A stretch of DNA of 64,000 bases from positions 74,152,001-74,216,000 of the forward strand of contig NC_043004.1 of the NCBI RefSeq assembly GCF_006345805.1. Reading direction: 5' to 3'. The position numbers and the translations under genes are program-made. Shown here piece after piece: positions 25,390 to 35,785 of the stretch. This stretch comes from Octopus sinensis (taxonomy: Eukaryota). Position 1 is the first letter of the stretch. Every line of letters begins with the position of its first letter. The notes under the pieces are model-generated. The model made no database searches, was not told the DNA's origin, and saw nothing but the letters and a program-made list of their open reading frames with translations.

Positions 25390-26400
25390 TGAAGTATATT
25401 TGCTATCTAAATGTGGCTAACCACTAAGGATGGATGCTACTGTAGCTTGTAGCACCAGGAGAACATCATCTCCAGCTGGCTATTGACACACTTTCTGTGC
25501 CTTATCAGCCACATTTAACCACAAATGAGGTGCGTTTTTAGATTACGACCAACCAGTATTTTTACCAAGGTACCATCTTTATTAAGGTGGTCCGCCTAGG
25601 TGGTAGGATCCTTGATCCCCTGGTATTCAGCTCAAAGCTTTCCTTCTCTTAGACTGCTTGCCACTCAAGTTACAGCCTTCCCGGCACACTGGTTATTTCA
25701 AGGCGCCAGATACTCACCTTCTCTCACACTTCTGCAGTTGGTTTGCCGAAGGAGACAACCAGGATTGCAGAGCTCTTACTACCCATAAGTTGGGGCTGTT
25801 TCCTTCGCATTTCTGTGTGTTGTGGGTCATGATCTTGGTTCTTACTAGGGGACAGGTTTGCATCAGTTGGTCCCGTATCTTCATCGAAATATTGTTCCGG
25901 AGTCAAGTCCCGATTCACGGTTCATCTGCTACCATTCCAAGCATGGCACCATTGGACACTGACAGTTTGTCACCACTGTGACTGAGGGGTCCAGTCTACC
26001 CTTAAATCAGAGTATTCTTTCTCGTAGACAGACTGCCATCCAAGGCTCACGAGTTCTGTCTACCCCACTTCGGAGTGGCCATTGACTTTTTAAGTTCCTC
26101 TGCCCTTTGCCTTGTTTTGTTTTTAAACTCGCAGGGTGTCAAAAATCCACTCTCCTCGCCAAGCAAGCTTAGTGGTGTTACCGGTTTAATCGCCGACGAC
26201 GGCGTTATTACAACGCCACTTATTAATCATTCTGGGTAATTCTTCTTCACTATAATAATTTCATTATTACAAATATAATCCCTGTCTTGTTATTTCCTAG
26301 TTCACTACTATAATTGCGCAATTCTTACTATACGTGTATAATTACAATAAGGCCTACGAGTCCTAATAATGTCTACACTAATTTCTTTAGGCAACTAATG
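25390..26400 (-). mobile_element. Probable Tx1-type ORF1/5' remnant
   Basis: Collinear and same strand as the Tx1 fragment; only broken low-complexity frames, no diagnostic motif. Confidence 0.3.
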
Positions 26401-26907
26401 ATGGCTTATTTACGACTGTTGCTTCAGCTGCTGCTGCTGATTGTTGTTGTTGTTGTTGTTGTTGTTAAGCAACAAGACGGGTAAGGGTGATTAGGTGATG
26501 GTCTTGGGCTTAGGGGTGGGAGATCACAGACCTTAGAAAAAAACTTTGGTCGTCTTGTTGTAGTCGAGGGCTCTTCGTTGATGCCCGACACCACTGGGAG
26601 GTGGCTCTCGAAGTCGCTGGAAATGGAGATCTCCAGGTTCAAATTCTTGAACGGATGCTGCTGCTGCTGCTGCAGCGGCGTTAACTAGAAGAGCAGGCAT
26701 GTGACTACTAATACAAGCTGTTTGATTGGACTGCGGCTTCATATGGCAGGCGGTCGATTAAGTGTGGGTGGGAGAAAATACCAGAACAGTCTTACGCATA
26801 TTTTGGGGAAGCTGTTAAATGACGACGTCATCAGGTGGATGACTTCAGCAGCTCTGAGGACCCATTGAAAGTGGAGGGACGAACATGTATATATAAATGT
26901 ATCTATG

Positions 26908-26969
<62 letters not shown>

Positions 26970-27017
26970 TTTGTGTGCTTGTGTGTGCGTGCGTGTGTGT
27001 GTGTGTGTGTCTGAATA

Positions 27018-27060
<43 letters not shown>

Positions 27061-27110
27061 TACAATACATACATATAGATATACATACATTCACACGCAT
27101 ATATACATAC

Positions 27111-28280
27111 ATTATGGCGGTCCCCTCGTTATCGAGTATGGCCATTGCACGAAGCTTATCTGTTACTGGTGCTGTGATCGAATGTGACTTTTTAGTCCAG
27201 CTAAAGATCTACAACGTCTTGTACAGAATTGGCAACTAAAACCTTTACTGGTAATAGCCGGCTGCAGTTGTAACTGGGCTTCATGTACCTTTGCATGTCG
27301 TTTAAGTCCTCCTGCCGAATTACACTCTCTTCCACATGCCCGACAGATATGATTAGTATGGTGTGTTACACCACACCAGTGGCCAGGTTGTCACTCATCT
27401 GTCTCGCTTTATGACTACGAAGATTACTCTTTAGTCCAGCTTTACTGACGCAGGATCTTGCACAGACACTGCATGTCAGCGTCATAGGAAGACCCTTCCC
27501 ATCAGGAAGTGTAACAGCGATGCCCTTCCTGACATCCTTCCTTACTTTCTCCTGTGCAACTCGAGATTTCTCAAAAGTGGCTGTCCGCTCGTGCACAATC
27601 CTTCTCCACCTGCTACGATCAATAGCTATGCCTTCCCATGTGTCAGGAGAGATGCAAGCATCTCTTAAGGAAGCCTTCAGCAAGTCCTTATACCTCTTTT
27701 TTGGTTTATGTGGAGGTCGTTCTCCTTTAGCTAACTCGCCATAAAAGAGTTGTTTTGGCATCCTTGAATTCTTCTTCCTGACCAGATGACCACTCCATCT
27801 GAGCCTTTGCTTTAACACAAGGGCTTCTATACTTTCACACCGAGAGCCTTCCAATATTTCAAGATAACTGAGGCGGTCCTTCCACTTAATGCCATAGATC
27901 CGTCTGAGGCACATCTGATGGAAACGTTGCAGTTGTTTAAGGTGGTATAGATATGTGACCCACGTCGCGCAGGCATAGAGAAGAGAAGGGAGCACAGATG
28001 CCTTGTACACATTTATCTTTTTTTTCTGCATATGTCTCGCCGACTCCAGAGGACATAGAAATAATCGGACTGAATACCTGATCGCGCGGTTAAACCATTG
28101 GGAGTGAAGGACTCCTAGCATTTGTTAGGGCATCCTTCTAGGAGAAGGTAACTCAGGTAACTGGGATAACTCCGACATAAAAGCTGCGGCTCAGTGGTTA
28201 CCGATGATGTTGACTTGTTCTTCTTTTCGGATTATGGCTGCTGTTGCTTAGTGAGTGGAATTGACTCAGTGCACAGCCTT
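27111..28280 (-). mobile_element. RTE-clade LINE 3' part with three C-terminal C2H2-type fingers
   Basis: ORF 27366-28121 (RLRWSGHL, RMPKQLFYGEL); fingers CSVC..SNLRSH, CRAC..RHAKVH, CQFC..SHIRSQH (last two in a shifted frame, stop at 27163). Confidence 0.9.
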
Positions 28281-28495
28281 TTCTCACTTAAAAAAATTCT
28301 TCTTGCACAGGCTTTGCACGATAACAACATTGATTGATTGATTAAATTGATTAACTAATTCATGATTGTTGATGGCGCTGTGAGTCTCAACTGCATGACT
28401 GGCTGTAGCCTTAAAAAGCAAAAAATCAATGATGTACCAAAACAGTATATATATATACATACACATATATATTCAGACATACATATTGTTATTGT

Positions 28496-28686
28496 TGTTT
28501 TAGCTTTCAAATGATTCCACCCCGCTGGCTAAGCGAGCAGGCCAACAGAAGAAAGATTGAGAGAAAGATGTGGCGAAAGAGTACAGCAGGGATCACCCCC
28601 CCTCCCTGCCGGAGGTCAATAAACACTCACAACGCCCGGTCTGGGAATTAAAACCGCTACCCTAACAACTGAGTCATTGCGCCTCC
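28496..28686 (-). mobile_element. tRNA(Arg)-like-head SINE type A, internally deleted
   Basis: Matches 33138-33447 with two deletions. Confidence 0.8.
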
Positions 28687-28743
28687 ACACACACACACAC
28701 ACACACATATATATAAAGGAAAACAAACAAAAGAAAAACAAAC

Positions 28744-29295
28744 ATGACTAACTTGCAGGCCTGCAACAGACGAAATTGGTCTGATAACGAAATTGATGTT
28801 TTAATAAACACATGGTTCTCTCTTTCCCAAACAGAAAATCTAAATGTCTTGTGTTTGAATGAGATTGCCGAAAAAACATCACAAGTGGTCAACACACGAT
28901 CCGTCAAACAGATTCGTAGCAAGCTGAAACATATCGAAGTATCTTTCAAACTGATAAAAGGCCATTATGAAAAGCTTCTTCATATTTTCACAGTTCAAGA
29001 ACAACAACAGCTAGAAAATCAGCAGCCACAACAACAACAACAACAACAGAATGAGCCACTCCTGGTTCCCAGCACAATGGCTGACCCTAACATCGGTCAA
29101 GCACAACAACAACAACAGCCACAGCAACAAGAACAACAACAGCCACTCCTCAACTCTAGCTTACTAGATGATTCACTAAATGCCAGTATCTTTTCACCGC
29201 TCTCACAGCAACCACCACAATTATCATCATCATCATCACCACCGCTGCCACCATCGTCTTCTATCATCAAAAAATACCAACAGAAAACCAAATAA
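28744..29295 (+). CDS. Putative ORF1 N-terminal part: Myb/SANT-like (trihelix-type) domain + polyQ/Ser-Pro linker
   Basis: RRNWSDNEIDVLINTW..NEIAEK..RSVKQIRSKLKHI matches the Myb/SANT-like pattern; (CAA/CAG) runs follow. Confidence 0.7.
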   Translation: MTNLQACNRRNWSDNEIDVLINTWFSLSQTENLNVLCLNEIAEKTSQVVNTRSVKQIRSKLKHIEVSFKLIKGHYEKLLHIFTVQEQQQLENQQPQQQQQQQNEPLLVPSTMADPNIGQAQQQQQPQQQEQQQPLLNSSLLDDSLNASIFSPLSQQPPQLSSSSSPPLPPSSSIIKKYQQKTK

Positions 29296-29367
29296 GAAAC
29301 CACTGCCCTCTTCCCCCACATCACCACCTCAATACTACTGCAGTAACAAAAACTTAAAGAAACATAG

Positions 29368-29919
29368 GAAGCAGAATGCGCCCCCACGGCACAAACAAGA
29401 AATCCCCAAATATGCCGCTATTCACTGCGCCAGAGACTCTGCACAAATAGTGACTGCATCTTCACGCATCTACCCGGCACTAGACGCACTACCGGCCAAG
29501 GCCAAAGCACGCATCCCACAATAACATCAACACCACCAAATAGTAAATCGAAATTCAAAACACACACAACTCGGAGTCCCAAAATCTGCCGGTATTCCCA
29601 ACGTGAGAGAACATGTCTACTGAGTGACTGTCCCTTCACCCATCTTCCAGGGACCCGACGCACAAACAGAAACGGGGCTTCAAGCCAACACACAAACCTG
29701 AATAACAATAAAAATAGAAACACACCATGCTGCAGTAATGCTGGTCCAGTCTTTTCAGGAAGACACAAAAACAACAACAACAAAAGTGGAAACTACAACC
29801 CTATCCAACAGTGCAACCACGCCTCCAGCCAAAAACTGCTCCCTAAGCAGGAAAATTCTTTTTTAGCCATGTTGAACATGGCAAAAGAGATACACAAAAA
29901 CATTCTAGCCATCACTTAA
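29368..29919 (+). CDS. Putative ORF1 C-terminal part with two CCCH zinc fingers (no start codon; not in the ORF track)
   Basis: Same frame as 28744. ICRYSLRQRLCTNSDCIFTHLPGTRRT and ICRYSQRERTCLLSDCPFTHLPGTRRT (C-x8-C-x4-C-x3-H); stop TAA 29917-29919. Confidence 0.8.
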   Translation, partial: EAECAPTAQTRNPQICRYSLRQRLCTNSDCIFTHLPGTRRTTGQGQSTHPTITSTPPNSKSKFKTHTTRSPKICRYSQRERTCLLSDCPFTHLPGTRRTNRNGASSQHTNLNNNKNRNTPCCSNAGPVFSGRHKNNNNKSGNYNPIQQCNHASSQKLLPKQENSFLAMLNMAKEIHKNILAIT

Positions 29920-29942
29920 CACCATCCTATGCTATTACCCCA

Positions 29943-32900
29943 GTGCACCAATTCCCCACATTGCTGCCACTAACACACACAAAAAATCCAAGCCCCTTGC
30001 AACAGTCAAAACCAGCCACTACACTAACCTCCACATTCCTACTCAATGCACAAGGTGTCAGCCCTTCCATCAATGCACAAAAATGGAAGGTCCAATTCAT
30101 TGAAGACTGGGTTGGTAACCATTCACACCACATCCCTTTCTTCATTCTCACTGAGACCCACCTTGACAACTCCCACTTGGAAGCCGAAGTGAGAGTGAAG
30201 AATTTCACAACCATCCGCGCGGATCGTATCGGCAGAAGGAAGGGCGGAACTGCCATTTTCCTGCATGATTTATTTACGGCAGATGGAAATAGTATATTCT
30301 CCAATGGCTACTGTGAATCAGTCACCGTGCACAACAAAGCCAATGACCTGACAGTAATTGGGCTCTATAGGCCGCCCCAAACACCCATACTGTGCTTTAA
30401 AGAATGCCTCAACAGCATTAAGTGCTTTATTCAACAGTGCCATTCTAGCAACATACTCATGATGGGAGACTTCAATCTACCCTGTGTTGACTGGACTACA
30501 AACTGTTTGAAACCAAGCACTCCCGCCTCAACCGCTGACAAAGAAGCAGCAGAGTCACTTTTCGACTTTACGAATGAGTTTTTCTTGTCCCAACTTGTCC
30601 TTGCACCAAGACATCAGAACATTTTGGACCTAGTGTTTAGTAACCACACTAACACTATATATAACGTTACAGTGGAAAAAACCCTTCTTTCAGACCATGA
30701 CATGGTTCTCTGTAACATGAAATTCCACCAGCCGAAAGCTAATCCTAGTGACCTTCCTCCAGCCCACCCATTTGACAACATGGATCTCCATAAAGCCAAC
30801 TGGGATGCAATCAGGAACGAGCTATCAAATGTTGACTGGTCCTTTACACATACACACATCTCCACCAACCATAAAACATCTTGGCAGATCTTTGTAGACA
30901 CCGTCACAGACATATGTGCAAAACACTCCCCACCAAGACCTGTGAACAAAAAGTGCAGAATCCCCCAAAACAGAAAAACCATTATCAGAAAAATAAAAAG
31001 AACAAACAAAAAAATTAACAAACTAAAGTACTGCCAACAGCAACACACACATTCGACGGCTATCGCACTGCTTGAATCCAAAAAATATAACCTCCAACAA
31101 TGCATGAAGACCCTCATCAATAACCAAAGATCAGCTGAGGATAAGTGGGCCATTGAAAAAATCAAACTCAACCCCAAAGTGTTCTTTTCATTTGCGAGGA
31201 AACGCAGGGTCACTGTCTCCACTGTAGGCCCTCTAATTGACGAAACTGGCACTCTCCAAGATAATGCCAAATCCATGGCCGAGATACTGCAGAAACAATA
31301 CTGCTCTGTTTTCAGCAATCCTGATATGGCCGATCTGGGCTGTATCAGTGATGTCAACCCCCAACACACTATATCGGACATAACGTTTAGTGCCCCTGAT
31401 GTCTTAGCGGCGATAAACGAAATAAAACACAATTCAGCAGTAGGCCCCGATAGGTTCCCTGCTTGTGTCCTGAAGGTGTGTCGACACCAACTTGCATCTC
31501 CCCTTGCTAATCTGTGGAGAAACTCACTGGATGCTGGCTATATTCCAAAAAACCTTCTGTCCCAGTCTGTTGTCCCAGTTTTCAAAAAGGGAAACAAGTC
31601 CCTTGCAGTGAACTACCGTCCGATCTCACTCACCTCTCATATCATCAAGGTATTTGAGAGGGTGGTGAGATCTCGAATAACCCAATTTCTGGAAAGCAAC
31701 AGACGGCTGATCTCCAACCAACATGGGTTCCGTAATGGAAGGGACTACCTAACGCAGCTCCTGCATCACTTTGAGGACATTTTGAGAGCTTTGGGAGAGG
31801 GCTCCAACACCGATGTCATCTACCTTGATTTCAGTAAGGCCTTCGACAGGGTCGATCACAAGATCCTATTGAAAAAACTATCCAACATTGGTGTCTCTGG
31901 AAAGATACTGAAATGGATCAAGTGTTTCCTGACAGACAGATCTCAACATGTTGTAGTTGAAGGGGTAAAATCAAGCCCAGCCAAAGTCAGTAGTGGCGTT
32001 CCGCAAGGCACTGTGCTGGGCCCACTTCTTTTCATCATTTACATTAATGACATTAATGACATCATCAAGCACAGCAACATAAAAATCTTTGCAGATGACT
32101 CCAAGCTACAGAAGGTCATAAATGAGGCGAGTGACCGGACATGCCTTCAGTCAGATCTACTGGCTGTTATCCAATGGGCAGAAAAAAAATATGCTGCTGA
32201 ACGAGGATAAATTTGAGCTAATCCACTTTGGAAAAGAGGATGCCCTGAAACTCCCATACTCCCTTCCTTCAGGTGAAACTCTCGCGGCGTCCAACAACAT
32301 CAGAGACTTGGGAGTAATTGTGGACAACAACATAAGCTGGGCCACTCATATAAACACCAAAGTTGACATGGCCCGCAGAATGTGTTCCTGGATTCTCAGA
32401 ACTTTCCAGTCGAGAGATATCCACACAATTATCCTTCTCTTCTCCACTTTTGCCCGACCCCACCTTGAATACTGTTGTCCACTGTGGTCTCCCCACACAA
32501 TACAAGGTATCATAAAAGTTGAAGCACCTCAAAGGGCAATCACAAAAAAGATAGGTGGCATGACAGGCCTCGACTATTGGGGTCGACTAGAAAAGCTAAA
32601 ACTCTATTCTCTCCAACGTCGTCGTGAGCGCTACATCATCTGCATGATGTGGAAAATATTCCATCAGCATTGCCCAAATGATGTTGGCATCACCTTTAAG
32701 GTACATCCAAGGCTTGGGCCCCGTGCCATCCGCCCAAAACAAAAATCGCACTCTCATCTCATAACAACAATACGGCACAATTATTTCACCTCAATTGGCC
32801 CCGCTCTCTTTAACATTACACCAAAACACATTAAAACAGAAACTGACCCTATAGGGTTCAAGAAGTCTTTGGACAGATTCCTTCAAGAAATCCCGGATAA

Positions 32901-32973
32901 ACCCCCTACACCCGGATATGTCTCTGTAAACAATAACTCTCTACTTGAGTGGGCCATAGTGCCCAAATTCTGA
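29943..32973 (+). CDS. ORF2: AP endonuclease + reverse transcriptase, one frameshift in the A8 run at 32182-32189
   Basis: FLLNAQG, LTETHL, MGDFNLP, SDHDMV, NYRPISLTS, YLDFSKAFDRVDH, SGVPQGTVLGP, FADD, HLEYCCPLWSP. Confidence 0.92.
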
Positions 32974-33062
32974 CTTGAAAGACTTCACCAGGTGGTGCTA
33001 TTAAGTTAGACATGGCCTGGGCCAATAATGGCCGAAACCTATCAAAGTATCAAAGTATCAAA

Positions 33063-33127
<65 letters not shown>

Positions 33128-33137
33128 ATATATATAT

Positions 33138-33447
33138 ATCACCGTGATCACCGTGACCGACCAGGCTATCAGATGTTGCTACACATCACTGGTCACAATG
33201 CGCTTCGCATTATTTTAGCCTTCAAATGACGTTACCCCGCTGGCTAAGCGAGCAGGCCAACAAAAGACAGAGTGAGAGAAAGTTGTGGCGAAAAAGTACA
33301 GCAGGGATTGCCACCACCCTCTGCGGAGCCTCGTGGAGCTTTAGGTGTTTTCGCTTAATAAACACTCACAACGCCCGGTCTGGGAATCGAAACCGCGATC
33401 TTACGACCGTGAGTCCGCTGCCCTAACCACTGGGCCATTACGCCTCC
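33138..33447 (-). mobile_element. tRNA(Arg)-like-head SINE type A, full length
   Basis: Complete head with box A/B and CGGTCACGGTGATCACGGTGAT tail. Confidence 0.88.
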
Positions 33448-33485
33448 ACACGCACACACACACACACACAACACATACATATGTA

Positions 33486-33568
<83 letters not shown>

Positions 33569-33847
33569 TACTAATATAGGATGAATTCCATCAAAGAATG
33601 TGGCAGCATATTAAAATACCATTACGGTTGAAATTATAAACAACTTATAAGTAAAGGCTAAAGAAAATTATTTCAATGCCAATATGCTGATAACAGACTA
33701 TTAAATCGTCAATTTCCACATATTATTTACTCGCTACAGAAAAAACACGAAGAACTGAAATCGGGCAAGCCGGCCGATAGAATTTTTACAAAGTTCGTTA
33801 TTTCTATATTGAATCAATTTCGGAATTAATCTCATAATCTCATAAGT

Positions 33848-33896
<49 letters not shown>

Positions 33897-33955
33897 CATT
33901 ATTGGTGAATTGAAGAAATGGAGCTGAACGCAGATTGAACAGAAATCGTTTTATT

Positions 33956-34040
33956 TCATTCTACACGTGTTTCGAAAGGCACAAATTACCAAAATCCGAT
34001 TGAATAATGGGACCATATTGGTCTTTCTCATCCGGAAGAA
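33956..34040 (-). ncRNA. Hammerhead-like motif (U4G), mirror copy
   Basis: Reverse complement of 34221-34306. Confidence 0.55.
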
Positions 34041-34220
34041 AAAGGAAATCCGTTGGAAACACAAAAACAGAACAGAGGCGGAGCAAAAAACAAATCGAAC
34101 TGTGCTCCTAAGAGCCCATGGCGAAACCATGAGTTTCGCCATGGGCTCTTAGGAGCACAGTTCGATTTGTTTTTTGCTCCGCCTCTGTTCTGTTTTTGTG
34201 TTTCCAACGGATTTCCTTTT

Positions 34221-34306
34221 TTCTTCCGGATGAGAAAGACACAATATGGTCCCATTATTCAATCGGATTTTGGTAATTTGTGCCTTTCGAAACACGTGTA
34301 GAATGA
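34221..34306 (+). ncRNA. PLE-type hammerhead-like motif with U4G core change
   Basis: TTC-CGGATGA-GAAAGACACAA...TTGTGCCTTTC-GAAA-C ACGT GTA-GAA; stem II 10 of 11 pairs; palindromic ACACGTGT. Confidence 0.6.
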
Positions 34307-34516
34307 AATAAAACGATTTCTGTTCAATCTGCGTTCAGCTCCATTTCTTCAATTCACCAATAATGTTTTAATTTCAATATCCGCACCAACGCACGGTTGC
34401 AACGCCAGATGGTTGTACCTCCAACCGTGCTGTTTACTGCTGTGATTTTTGCTACTAAGGTATCGGTTAAACTTTTGATTAATCTACTACAAGATTATTC
34501 ATCTTTCTATTTCACA

Positions 34517-34567
<51 letters not shown>

Positions 34568-34639
34568 ATATATACATACCTATATATATATCATACATAT
34601 ATATATATACATACATATATATATATATATGTATATACC

Positions 34640-34687
<48 letters not shown>

Positions 34688-34744
34688 AATAAAATAGAAC
34701 ATATGCATATATATAAACATATATGTACGTACCTACCTCTACAT

Positions 34745-34915
34745 GTACATATACACGCATATATGTGTACAGGACACCAAAAAGACGTCGAACACACAGA
34801 GAGACGAAACACATAGACACAAACCAAGGAACAAGACAAGCAAAAAAAAAGAGAGATACAGGACAATAAGCACAACGAAAAATCCCCTTCTTCAGTCGCT
34901 AAGGTTTCATCTATA
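34745..34915 (-). mobile_element. PLE terminal (pLTR-like) fragment
   Basis: CTGAAGAAGGGG half-core and GTCCTGTAC end next to (TA)n; related to 5497-5640. Confidence 0.45.
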
Positions 34916-35750
34916 TATATATATATATGGAATTGAATATTGAAATGATACCCATCCTGCCCATTCCACAAAATAAGAGTTTACTGGAGAGCATGATAAG
35001 AGGGATGAGTCTGTGAAACATGATTAAGGTTGTTATCTCGAACACGAATGAGAATATCATGATTTTCATGGGGGTCACTAACCATAAGAATGGCTACTTC
35101 ATTAGATGTGGTGTCATAAAAACAGCATAACATGTTCTTTACTATAGTTTACTGTAAACGTGAGGAAGGCAGAAACACACACTCATAGAATTGATCATAT
35201 TGAAAAGAGCAAAATGTACAGATACGAAGTTCAAGTGAAACGAAATGAAGTTAATATAGATGCCAAACGTAATTTCTGTAACATAGTTATTCTATAAAAA
35301 AATACGGCAAGTCACCAATTAACAAAAGTTAATAAATGTGGTCTATATAGGTGCAGAACGTACTTTCTGTAGCATAGTTATGCTATAATATAATGAAAAG
35401 CCAGTAATTTAGCAAAAGTTATTATGCGTCACCAATGTAACAAAGTAGAAATAGTGAACATTTATTTGAAACATGTACTAAATGTTATAACATTCACGAT
35501 TGAATATCATGGTGACGAAAGTGAAAGTCCAAAGTCAGAAGGCATAATTCAGTTCTTCATACGAAAATAATTTATTTTGCAATTTTCAAACGAACGCTGA
35601 ACCAAGTGTATAAAAAGGAAGATGATGTTGTGAACGTTAATTTTAAATATTTACTGAAGAATGTATGTGGCAAGATATAAATTAATTTGATATAACTGCA
35701 TATTTCCTTACGGTGTAACGTTAGAATAAATACTGTATGTGTGTGTGTGT

Positions 35751-35780
<30 letters not shown>

Positions 35781-35785
<5 letters not shown>

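Larger units (their letters stand above)
28735..33065 (+). mobile_element. Near-intact CR1/L2-group (Crack/Daphne-like) LINE
   Basis: ORF1 region, APE-RT ORF2, 3' stem-loop and (TATCAAAG)3 tail running into (TA)n. Exact clade needs a phylogeny. Confidence 0.9.
33895..34367. repeat. 473-bp near-perfect palindrome containing a hammerhead-like motif in each arm
   Basis: Arms 33895-34127 and 34133-34367, loop CATGA; the only differences noticed are 1-nt indels. Confidence 0.97.

Noticed and set aside
26400-26890. Low-complexity ORFs with (CTG)/(TTG) repeats and a minus-strand CTGATGA
   Set aside because: No domain, no consistent splice signals and no GAAA partner; probably decayed retroelement sequence.
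30614-31432. 272-aa minus-strand ORF and other antisense ORFs over LINE/PLE coding regions
   Set aside because: Shadows of the sense ORF with no recognisable motif.
33017-33038. CTG-hairpin-GAAAC at LINE 3' ends resembling a hammerhead
   Set aside because: Lacks ANGA of the core and any cleavage triplet/stem I; better explained as the RT-recognition stem-loop.
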